NCBI RefSeq assembly: GCF_006345805.1
Contig: NC_043001.1
Span: 27,094,001 to 27,158,000, forward strand
Reading direction: 5' to 3'
DNA from: Octopus sinensis
Lineage: Eukaryota
DNA: 64,000 nucleotides
This document shows positions 26,784 through 37,730 of the stretch, one piece after another. A program made the translations under genes and the position numbers. The notes under the pieces are model-generated. The model made no database searches. It saw nothing but the letters and a program-made list of their open reading frames with translations, and had not been told where the DNA came from. Numbering within the stretch: position 1 is the first letter of the stretch; every line of letters starts with the position of its first letter.

Positions 26784-27117
26784 GTATTTCGTCTGCCGTT
26801 ACGTTCTAAGTTCAAATTCGCCGAGGTCGACTTTGCCTTTCATCCTTTCGGGGTCGATACCAGTTACGCACTGGGGTCGATATAATCGACTTAATCTGTT
26901 TGTCTGTCCTTGGTTGTCCTCTCTTTGTTTAGCCCATTGTGGGTAGTAAAGAAATAGGTATTTCATCCATCGCTACGTTCTGAGTTCAAATTCCGCCGGG
27001 GTTGAGTTTGCTTTTATCCTTTCGGGTCGATAAATTAAGTACTAGTGAAACACTGAGATCAATATAACCGACTAGTTCCTCTTCCAAATTTCAGCCCTTG
27101 TGCCTATAGTAGAAAGG

Positions 27118-27152
<35 letters not shown>
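26780..27152 (+). mobile_element. SINE family A dimer (5'-truncated) ending in an (ATT)n tail
   Basis: Family core present twice; tail agtagaaaggattattatt... to 27152. Confidence 0.8.
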
Positions 27153-27156
<4 letters not shown>

Positions 27157-28440
27157 TAGTTTTATTTTTATCACATGCTTTCACTGCACTACCGAGCGTA
27201 GCTCTGTGTGCCTTGAGTATGGGCTGTGGTTTGTTGTGATGCTCTTATTTTTACTGTATTGAAAGTGTTTTACGTAGGATGTGTGCAGTGCCTAGTGGTT
27301 CTATTTTCTGTATATTATATTTACTTGTTAGTCCTGGATTTTGGGGATGTATTTGTATGAATATTTTTTATCATACCTAATGCGCCTACTATGATCAGAA
27401 TTGTTTCTGTTTTTAGACTCCACATTCGAGTTACCTCTAATTCCAGGTCCTTGTATTTTGAAAGTTTTACCGTTTCTTTTAGAAAAACATTGTCATCTGT
27501 TGGTATTGATACATCGATTAGAAAGCAATTTTTTTCTTGGTGATCTCTGACAACTATATCCGGCCTATTGGCCTTAATTTCTCTATCTGTGTGTTATGGC
27601 ATATCCCAGAGTTTGGTTGCTTTCTCATTTTCTGTGACCTTTTCTGGTGTGTGCCTATACCATCTTCTTTTCTGTTGTTATTCCATAGTGTTAGCATAGT
27701 TTCCGGTGTATATAGGTCCCCACTCTTTCGTGTCTGTGAATAGAGAGACATAATTTTTAATTGTTTCTTCTCCATCTCCACATATTCTGCAGTTGTATTT
27801 CTTTTCATTATACGTTTTTAGTAATTTCTGGTGAGAAGGCTTTGATCTTGTGCTGCAATTAAATATCCTTCAGTCTCTGCTTTGAGTCCTGAGCTTCTCA
27901 GCCCTTATTAGGATTTTGTTTAGTCTATTACTTTTCTGTTTAGTTTAACAAAGTATTTGTTATGAACGGACTTCTCTTGCCACCGTTTTATCATGATCCG
28001 TTGCTGTCCCAATTTTAGTTTGGATTTCTGATACTCTGCGGTTTCCATATATTTTTACGTTCTTCATCTCTTACCCCTTCATTACTGATTTCTGCTACTG
28101 CAGTTTCACTCTCCTGTTCTTTGTTTTTTTATTGTTTCTCTGAATTTCTGCAATCTCTACTCCCGTAATCCAGTCGTTCATACTGATTACTCTTGCTTGG
28201 TTTATCAGCGGCTGGGCGGATGCTTCAAAACCTCCTTTTTCATCCCGTATTCTCTTCATTTGATTCATGAAGCCTCTTTTATTTCGTTAACTTCTCAGCC
28301 AGAATTCTATTACTATTTTGCTTACCTCATTTCATTCTTTTTCTTTTGCACTTTTGACTGCGATTTCGGTCCTGATCTATAGCTTGATGACGACCTGCCG
28401 GAGTTTTATCAGTTACTCCCCACCTGCCGTGCGCGACACC
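27153..28440 (-). mobile_element. R4/Dong-clade non-LTR retrotransposon derivative lacking the RT domain
   Basis: Minus strand, with stops and frameshifts: an N-terminal Myb-like region (RKRMK....IVIEFW....RGFMNQMKRI.DEKGGFEAS.Q.LINQARVI.MNDWITGVEIAEIQ), then LKAETEGYLIAAQDQSL, CRICG..EET, RPDIVVRD...CFLIDVSIP.DDN...KLSKYKDLELEVTRMW and LGTAHILRKTL; 3' end followed by (TAA)n. Confidence 0.8.
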
Positions 28441-28960
28441 TTCACTGTTAACAAGCTATGAATTTTAGACGAAATATGATCCCACCTTCTTTCAGAATTT
28501 CAACTGGAATACCACCCAATCCAGGAGCTTTACCGGGTCTCAGTTTACATAATGTCAAAATTATTTCTTCAGTGGAAGGTGTATCGTTCATGTGTTACAC
28601 TATCTCTCTTTATGGAATGTTGTTTATGATATCCATGTTCACTACTGACTGATTGCGGGAAAGATCTGCAAAGTGTTCTCTCCATCTATTCATTATTCCA
28701 GGAGGATCTTTAATAACTTCATTTCCATCTTTTGACTTCAAGGGAACATATGGTGAAGATTGCGGTCCAAAAGCTCGCCGCACTGAACTATAAAAACTTT
28801 TAGTATTTTTCCTGTCATAGACCGCCTAGACTTCTTCAGACAAATTTTTTCACCAAGTGTCTTTAAGCCTCCCGAGTTCATTTTGCAAGTCTGCTTTCTG
28901 AGTCTTGTACAACTTTTCTAGTTGTACTTTGTTCTTAACATTTGGGTCAAGAAGCTTTTC
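28441..28960 (-). mobile_element. RTE-clade LINE fragment (APE-RT linker)
   Basis: Reads KSFYSSVRRAFGPQSSPYVPLKSKDGNEVIKDPPGIMNRWREHFADL...KLRPGKAPGLGGIPVEILKEGG. Confidence 0.75.
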
Positions 28961-28991
<31 letters not shown>

Positions 28992-29035
28992 TGTATGTAT
29001 GTATGTATGTATGTATGTATGTATGTATGTATGTA

Positions 29036-29081
<46 letters not shown>

Positions 29082-29109
29082 CGTGTGTGTGTGTGTGTGT
29101 ATGTATGTG

Positions 29110-30449
29110 CAGATTTGTATGTTTTATGTATGTATTCTCGTGTATATAGTTGCATATCTAGACACGCTCATATATATTTAAATAATAAACTTCTGGAAAG
29201 TTTTACAGATTTTTTCAGTTCCAGTGATGGATTGGATCTGTAGTCTTCGAATTAACTTTCTCCTTTCTGGTTTTTAGAAGCCTACATATCCCAGGGCTCC
29301 AATAATTACAGGTATAAACTTGAACTTGTAATCTGGATAGTGTAACTTCAGATTTATCAATAGTTCAGCATATGTGTTCTCTTTTTCACTGATCTTCAGC
29401 TTTATGTTAATATCCGCTGAGCACCTAATTTCCACAACTGTGCACAGTTTTCCTTCTCTATCCCAAATCATTATATCAGGTCTGTGGTGTTTACATTTTA
29501 TTGAGATCTTCACTGGCACATTCTACTAGTATTCCTTTTTATTATGAGTGGCTATGGCTTCTACCATATTGCAGGTTCTTATTTCTTTGTCTTCAGGATT
29601 ATCCTTCCGACGGATTTTATTATAGAGTGTCCTAGCTACAACATCTTGTCACAACGGTTGATAATACCATGATGGCATTTTCGGACAACTGCTTATGATG
29701 TGGGTAATATCTTCAGTGTAAACTCCACAATTTCTGCATCGGTTGTCACATTTTACTACTTTTCCTGTATCGCTATCCTTTTTGTGCATCAGGTACTTGG
29801 TTGATATTTCCTCTCCCTGGACTGCAAACGCATACCCTTCAAAGTGGGAGGTAGTAATCTGGCTATTGGCCCATGATAAACTGCTTTGATGATCGATGTT
29901 ACTATCATCATGAAGCTTTCTACTAATATATCCATGCATAGTCTTCTGCTCATATAGTCTCATCATTTCAGCTGATGATACGTTGCGGTAGAATCGTGCG
30001 ACTTTTTTGGGCATGTATTCTAGGTTATCAGACAAAGGGTGTTATTCAAGGAGCTGCCTTCCAAGCCTTATGATATTATCAGCCTCATGTATGCACATTT
30101 GATCAAGGGATGCATTTCAACACTTGGTGGTTAAAATATATTGCCAAAAGGATATGTTGCAACATTCAAAGGCATTTTGGATCGATGGCAAGCCTCTGCA
30201 ACCTTGTTTGCGTTTTAGGTAGAGGCAGTCTACTTCACTGTTTATGTGGAAAACATGTGTGCTTCTTAAGTATTTTTCAGGTTTTCACATCAATGGCTCG
30301 GATCTCATCAAGAGTCTAGTCTAGCCGCCCAAATATTGGTGTGAGTACTGGCACTGCAAACACATTGTAGGCCATTGTGTTATGGAATGCAGAGAGATCT
30401 GAGGTCCATATTTTCTTTATTCGGCTGTAATATTCTTTAGTGACACGTG
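29110..30449 (-). mobile_element. 5'-truncated R4-clade REL retrotransposon, second family, flanked by (CATA)n
   Basis: RT thumb (LYLKRKQGCRGL), CCHC finger (CRNCG..TEDITHIISSC; ORF 29649..30035), REL nuclease (RPDIMIWD...VVEI..SAD...EKENTY...IGALG; ORF 29274..29519); (TATG)n at 30450-30503 and 28962-29105. Confidence 0.85.
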
Positions 30450-30773
30450 TATGTATGTATGTATGTATGTATGTATGTATGTATGTATGTATGTATGTAT
30501 GTATATAAATAAATAAATAAATTATTGAATGACAGGGGAAGAGGAACTACGAAATCAACTTCATTAGCTTACAGATATTTCTGTGATAAGAAGCATCTGT
30601 GCAATATCTTCTAGCTTCTTCAGAACCATTAAAATAGGTTATAAGGCGTGGCACAAGCACTCAGTTCTGAGTGCACAGCTTCTTACAGCAGAAACAGCCG
30701 TAAGAAGTTGATAACATAATTTTAGTTCCCTTATCCTTCAATAATGTATATTGTATTTCGTATTTGCCTTGTG

Positions 30774-30865
30774 CAGTGGTTCCCAACCTTTCCACAGTGG
30801 TTCGGATCCCCAGTACTACCTTTGCGGACCACCAGAGTTCCGGGACCCCAGGTTGAGAACCACTA
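30774..30865. mobile_element. 92-bp hAT (Charlie-type) MITE
   Basis: TIRs cagtggttcccaacct / aggttgagaaccacta; degenerate 8-bp TSD gccttgtg versus gcctagag. Confidence 0.65.
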
Positions 30866-30905
30866 GCCTAGAGCTTTATTCTAATGCATATACATATTGA
30901 CTTCT

Positions 30906-31136
30906 TATTTCTTTACTGCCCACAAGGGGCTACACACAGAGGGGACAAACAAGGATAGACAAACGGATTAAGTCGATTACATCGACCCCAGTGCATAACT
31001 AATACTTAATTTATCGACCCCGAAAGGATGAAAGGCAAAGTCGACTTCGGCGGAATTTGAACTCAGAACGTAGCGGCAGACGAAATACTGCTAAGCATTT
31101 CGCCCGGCGTGCTAACGATTCTGCCAGCTCGCAGCC
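30906..31136 (-). mobile_element. SINE family A, full length
   Basis: Complete reverse-complement copy. Confidence 0.85.
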
Positions 31137-31201
31137 TTATACTTATTGACTTCTAATAAGTGGTTATTAGTATCGCTATGCCTAAGTGAAATCATAGTGT
31201 A

Positions 31202-31276
<75 letters not shown>

Positions 31277-33444
31277 CTACTCGTGCATGCGCGTGTCTAT
31301 GTGCGTGTGTGTCGTATCCATAGGTGACTGCAGAACTGCAAATGTATGCGAATACCTAGTTTGATTGCATCATACGTAGCTGCCTAATTACCGGATTGTT
31401 ACTAAGTAATGAATCAGCTATTAGTATTGAACAATATTATATATTATGGAAGGTGGTCAGCTGTCACAATCGTTAGCACACCGGACAACATGCGTAGCAG
31501 CACTTCTTCGAGATAGATTTTGCCTTTCATCCTTTCGGGGTCGATGAAATAAGCACCTGTTAAACACTAGGATCGGTGTTATCGACTTACCCATCCTCTA
31601 AAATTGCTGGCTTTGGGCCAAAATTTGGAGCCATTACTTATTTCTTTATTGCCCACAAAGGGCTAAACATAGAGAAGACAAACAAGGACAGACAAAGGGA
31701 TTAAGTCGATTACATCGACTCCAGTGCGCCTCTTGTACTTAATTTATCGCCCCTGAAAGGATGAAAGGCAAAATCGACCGCTAAATTCTGGAAGTGGGTT
31801 ACAGATTCCGCTCTCTTTATATCTACGGGTGGTGGGGACGAATGGATTTCTACTTAGAGATGGTTACACTTTTCGGTAATTAAAAATATTTCTGCATTTT
31901 CAGTAAATGAAGCAATTCTGACAGGGAATAGCAACAAACAAACAAATAAATAAATAAATAAATAAATAAATAAGCGATTTTTAGATTCACCACTCTTATA
32001 ATAATTCTGTTTGTTCCTCCGTTACCTAGCCCGTCCGTAACGCTTCCACGTGATTAGTTGAAGGGGATGGAGGGGAAGGAGAGGATGGGAGGGATGTGGA
32101 AGGGTAGGCGAGAGGTGGAAGTGGTGGTGCATGAAATGTGTAATTTAAAAAAAAATTAACTTCTTTTCCTCCGATGCTTAGCCCGTCTGGTACGCTTTGA
32201 CGTGATTAGTCGAAGGGAAAGGCAAAGAGCGAAAGAAAAAGGAGAGAGAAAAAAGGGCAAGGGGAAGAGTGAGCGAGAAAGTGGGAGAGTGCTGTGTATT
32301 AAGTCTATAAAATTGTGCATATATAAAGTGTATATATAAAGTGCATTAAGTAATCGTCGTATTCCAATTTTTCTCACTTTTCAATGAGTAGCAGATGAGT
32401 AACTATCTTTTGATACAAGCACAACACAGGCTATGATTTCAGATTTTTTTGGATAATGTTTTCAGAAATAACCCATTAAGAATACCGTTAATTCTGTGAA
32501 ATATTCACATATCCCGTTAGTATTATTGTACCACGTTACTTCTTGTTGTATTATAAATACAGAGAGAGAGAGAGTGAGAGAGAGGCAGAGACAGAGAAAG
32601 AGATTTAATATATAGATAGGTCTAAACAAATACAATGCAAGCATTCCTTGAGATTCATTTATTGAACAAGTGTACTTCTAAACAATTTATATCGACAGTC
32701 GTTTCTGTAGCTGATGTTAAGAAGCACTTCTAAGTGTTTGAACTGCTTTTCATATAATTCAATCCTTTTGATTCACATGAAGTGTTTCGTGCAATGGTGT
32801 TTTTGACTGAAGCTACAATAAGTTTTCAAAGAAAATTATTGATGGTCTTTACGGTTCTTATCCTGTTGTCAAGGTTGAGTTCTATTCATGACAATGACAC
32901 AACCGCTATTGATCCAACATCACTATCAGTAAACAGATTGCCAGCTAGCTTATCGATGTAAAGAGAAAGATGTCGCGTTCGACCAAGCATGTTCTTTCTT
33001 TCTTGATCTGGCCATTGTCCGTGCAACATCGATATTCCTCCCTGTGTTTGTGAAATCTTGTATCCCTACCGTAAGGCTTCATTTCCACACACACCAGCTT
33101 AATTTAATTTGTCCTTAGTCGAAAGACACCTGTTGTTATGTCCAGTTATTATTTTTATTGTATTTGTGTAACATTGTCCGTTTTTTTCCGTCCTTGTTTT
33201 TGTATACATTTGTTGCTTTCTTCCAAGGAATCTAATGCTCTTAGCTTAGTTGTTTCTTGGGACTGGCTAGTTTGGAGCAATCTCAAGTATAATCAGTCGA
33301 AATTGCGAAGATAATCTGGTACTTGACTGGGGAAAGAAAACTTCAAATGACCCGTCCTTGTTTTCTTTGTATCGTCTATTTGAATGTTTTGTTGTCCCAT
33401 TTTTGTATCACCTAACTGTCCGGATGTTTTGCGTTCTTGTCCCA

Positions 33445-33514
<70 letters not shown>

Positions 33515-33515
<1 letters not shown>

Positions 33516-33813
33516 TAGCACTATGACCCGGCGTTGTCGGGTCTAGTGCTAGTCAAGCATATTTGGTCTTTCATGAAAATCCCTCTCTCTTGTTACTCAC
33601 TTGGTCTAACACGTTAATTATTCCCGGCATTTCTCAAATCAAAAAAGCGTGCATGTTTGAAAGCCAAAACACATGATAACGCGTCTTCGCAAAACACAAA
33701 AATGCGCAGCCATACAGACTGTCTGCAAATGCGCACGCGCATTCAACTGTCAGGTGTAAAATTATCTCCGTCCAATCAAAAAACAGACATTTTGCCATTT
33801 ATAGATATAGAGA
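33515..33813 (-). mobile_element. Non-autonomous Helitron (a second 5'-end-like motif lies near 34216-34241)
   Basis: Minus strand A|TCtctatatctataaatggcaaaatgtctgt ... gacccgacaacgccgggtcatagtgCTAG|T. Confidence 0.7.
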
Positions 33814-35007
33814 TTTTAAGCAAACGTTTAGAAATTCTCTGGGAAACTGGAAAATCCAGAAATCCGAGACAGTTCCGGTCCTAAATTGGATAAATTGGTC
33901 TGGTACAGTATTGAGGTGTGATACATAACAAAGGGAGGGAAATGCAGAGTTTTAAAGAGTTTTTCCCTTGCTATGGTTTAATATCTTTAGATTAAACTGC
34001 TGGATTAAGTGAGTTACGATCTTTGTATTAAAGACTTTTGTTACCTGAAACATAAGTGGTCGGTTTATCGATTTTTTTAAATGGCTTTCAGTGGTAACTG
34101 GGAAATGAAAAGATCTTCACAACCACCCTTTGACGGTTTTGAATGACCATAGAAAGTGCGAGCCCTCTAACTGAAAAATTGTGGATTTGTATAAAGGACA
34201 CACACACACACACACAGACAGACATTTTGCCGTTTATATATGTGTGTGTGTGCGCGCGCGCGGGGGGAGTATATACGCACTATTTGTATACAGTCATTGA
34301 TTCGATTCAGGTGCGTGATGTTGAGAAGCCACAGAAATGGGAAAAAACCGATATCGATCACTCCTGAATGGGATTTGGGGACTGTATACAAATAGTGCGT
34401 ATGTACCCCCCCCCCCGCGCACACACACACACACGTCTTAATCATAATGGTCACCGAATGATTGTTCCATGTTCTCAGGAAGCGGAAATATTTTTCACAA
34501 AATCAAGAGTCTATCTTATATAGTACCTTTACTCATCCTTGTTGTTCAAATACATGACTCTGGCCTCTCTTAGTTATTTTCCTTATTGCACTTTCGTTTC
34601 AATTATACAGAATACCTTGGTCATAATTGTGTTCTTTTTTTTTTTTTTGTATATCTAAGTTTCTTGTTCTGCTGGAGATAAGAGGGGCAACTGCTTTGTT
34701 GATGAATACTACTGAGACAGAAATACCTATCTATTGCTGTCCTCTTGTTTCCAGATTATCAGACTGTCTTTTCTTTAATGGCATTTCAGTTTCAGAGAAT
34801 TTTTTATTCTCGAGATTATCTCCCCTGCTCATTTAGAGTTGGTTCCAATTGTCACTAAACAATTGCTCTTTCTTCTCTAGAAGCGGAGCAAATTCCGATA
34901 AATCAAATATCATGCATGCATAAGTATATACATACATGTATACGTACATACATACACAGATGTATATACATACACACACACATACACATATACACTTATA
35001 CATACAT

Positions 35008-35061
<54 letters not shown>

Positions 35062-35068
<7 letters not shown>

Positions 35069-35391
35069 CATACATATAAGAGGGATGACCACTATGTGGA
35101 CATCCATTATACTAGAAGTAGATCCGCTATGGTCTTACCACTAAGAAAGAAATGTTCTCAAGGAAATTTAGTAAGCACCAGAACGTAAGCGAGCAAAACA
35201 AATGAAAAGAAATAAAATATTGATTAATCACAAACCGGTTTCGCTATTACCACTTACATAATTGTCCGTAGCTCATCAGTATGATCGTCTTTGCAAATAT
35301 AATTTACAGAAATATACACGAAACGTCCGCATGAGATTGAACATTATACAGTTCTACAAAGTGGTCATCCCTCTTATATGTATGTAATATA
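35062..35391. mobile_element. 330-bp element with perfect 32-bp terminal inverted repeats enclosing a hammerhead ribozyme; probably Penelope-like pseudo-LTR (pLTR) derived
   Basis: tatattacatacatataagagggatgaccact (35062-35093) is the exact reverse complement of 35360-35391; it abuts a (TA)n tract. Confidence 0.65.
35226..35286 (-). ncRNA. Type I hammerhead ribozyme motif
   Basis: Minus strand gatcata-CTGATGA-GCTA-(22 nt)-TAGC-GAA-ACCGGT-T-tgtgatt: 7-bp stem I (two G-U pairs), intact core, 4-bp stem II, palindromic ACCGGT stem III, GUU cleavage triplet. Confidence 0.7.
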
Positions 35392-36286
35392 ATTTTTACT
35401 GAATCTTCTTCAGATTTTAATATGCTAGACCACTGGTTTTAAATTGATATTAATCAAATTAATATTCAATTTTTCACCCTTATTATTTAATATATATATA
35501 GTAATACCTCACTTTACGAGGATCAACTTTACGAGACCCCGGGTTTACATGTTTTATTGTATAATAGATTTGTCAAGCACTAGATCTAAATTTTGAACGA
35601 AGTGGCAAAAGTTTCATAACAAATGCTTCTGCGTATTACTGAGAAATTTGTAGAGAGCAAAAATAGCTTCTTCTAATCAAACAACTCGACTTTTTTAAAG
35701 AAACATATAAGTCCGTCTACGAGTGTTTGTGAAATGACGATCGAGTCTACAAGTGATGGTGTGCGCGAGTCTAGTGCAAGTGAAAGTGATTAAGAAAACG
35801 ATTAAAATAATATTTTTTTAATTATAAATTATCTTGACATTCTTTTTACTTTACATAAAATAATCTTTACATTCTACTGTTGTTTTATTGCCATTTATTT
35901 ATGAGTCTCATAAATGCTATAGGTAAAACATTTTTCTGGGAACGAATTATGATTTATAACATTGCTATTATGGGAAATTATTTCTCTGCTTTATGAGTTT
36001 TCGCCTTACGAGCGGTCTCCGGAAACAAATTAACTTGTATATCGAGGCATTACTGTATGTATGCATATATATATATATATATATATATATGCCTTCGGAA
36101 CGCGGAGTAGGTGAAACAGGGAGAATATTCTTTATGTTGCATGTCTCGTTTCTCTGTTTGTTTCTTACATTGTTCGAAAAAAAGTTCATTTTCTATGTTT
36201 TGTTTTTATGTTTTCGTTTCTCATTGTGTTCAACGTTTTTTTGATGTCCTGTGCATGTATATATACATATATATGTAGGTATTACA

Positions 36287-36378
<92 letters not shown>

Positions 36379-36416
36379 CACATTCATTTGTAAAATGTAT
36401 GATGTTATTTTTCTAG

Positions 36417-36497
36417 GTTGCAACTGTTGTTCCAATGATTGACAATAAGCCACCACCGAATTTCATGCACTTGCATTTGAAAATGAAGAAACTTCAG
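36417..36497 (+). CDS. CFAP97D2: CFAP97-domain protein, exon 2: [27 protein letters not shown]
   Basis: Acceptor ttatttttctag|GTT; donor CAG|gtaaga; 81 nt, phase 0-0; contains the family motif (V/I)D..PP....HLHLK.KKLQ. Confidence 0.9.
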
Positions 36498-37147
36498 GTA
36501 AGACAATTTCAAACATAACATCTTTTCAGATATGGGGTATATATTATATATTTGTGAAGGGTTTGTATCTGCTTCAGTTCTTTGTTTTCTTTTTACTAAT
36601 TTCAGTGTTTGGACTGCCGCTATATTGGGGCAGCTCCATCTCCGGGCACACTTCAGTATATATACCATACTGTTGATAATTCAGAGAGGCCTACGACACG
36701 AAAATCAACAGTTAGCATTTTTTTTTCAACTCATAATTTTCATGCTGTCTTTTCATCTCAATTGGTAAGTGAGAATCATGGTCTCACTGCATAAACTTAT
36801 TTCAAACACATTGTTTTAATAATTTACAATAATTTAATAATTGACTTATAATATTAATTGCAGTTCAATAACCCATCATAACTGGAAATAACACAAAGAC
36901 CAACTAGCCGAGTCAACCGCTGCCGCCTGAATGATCAATATCTAAGAAAAAAAATATAGTTTATAAATACTCTGTAACAAAACATGAAAGCATATAATAT
37001 TATAAAGGAGCTTGCACAATAAAATATAAATTTAGTTTATATAATCATAATTTTTCATTTAAATACATGAGAGAAAAAAAACGTCACTTTATAAGCAAAT
37101 TTATTTTGAGCTTCAAAGAGCATGATATGTGTGTATATATATGTGTT

Positions 37148-37213
<66 letters not shown>

Positions 37214-37230
37214 CGTGTGCGTGCGTGCGT

Positions 37231-37612
37231 TGAGGTGCAATGGCCCAGCGGTTAGGGCAGCGGACTCGCGGTCGTAGGATTGCGGTTTCAATTCCCAGGC
37301 CGGGCGTTGTGAGTGTTTATTGAGTGAAAGCACCTAAAGCTCCACAAGGCTGCGGTAGGGGAGGGGTGACGAACCCTGCTGTACTCTTTCACCATAACAT
37401 TCTCTCACCCTTTCTTCCTGTTTCGGTTGTACCTGTATTTCGAAAGGCCAGCCTTGACACACTCTGTGTCACGCTGAATCTCCCCGAGAACTACATTAAG
37501 GGTACACGTATCTGTGGAGTGCTCAGCCACTTGCACGTTAATTTCACGAGCAGGCTGTTCCGTTGATTGGATCAACTGGAACCCTCGTCCTCATATACGA
37601 CGGAGTGCCACG
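37231..37612 (+). mobile_element. SINE family C (tRNA-derived head)
   Basis: A-box tggcccagcgg, B-box gtttcaattcc; body shared with 59231-59620 and 62474-62860. Confidence 0.85.
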
Positions 37613-37618
37613 ACGATA

Positions 37619-37664
<46 letters not shown>

Positions 37665-37730
37665 GTGTGTGTGTATATGCATATATGTATGTATGTATGT
37701 ATGTATATATACATACATACACACACGTAT

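Noticed and set aside
33265-33315. gactg...cagtc-GAAA-ttgc, resembling hammerhead stem II
   Set aside because: The CUGANGA core is absent (ttcttgg instead); at most a dead relic.
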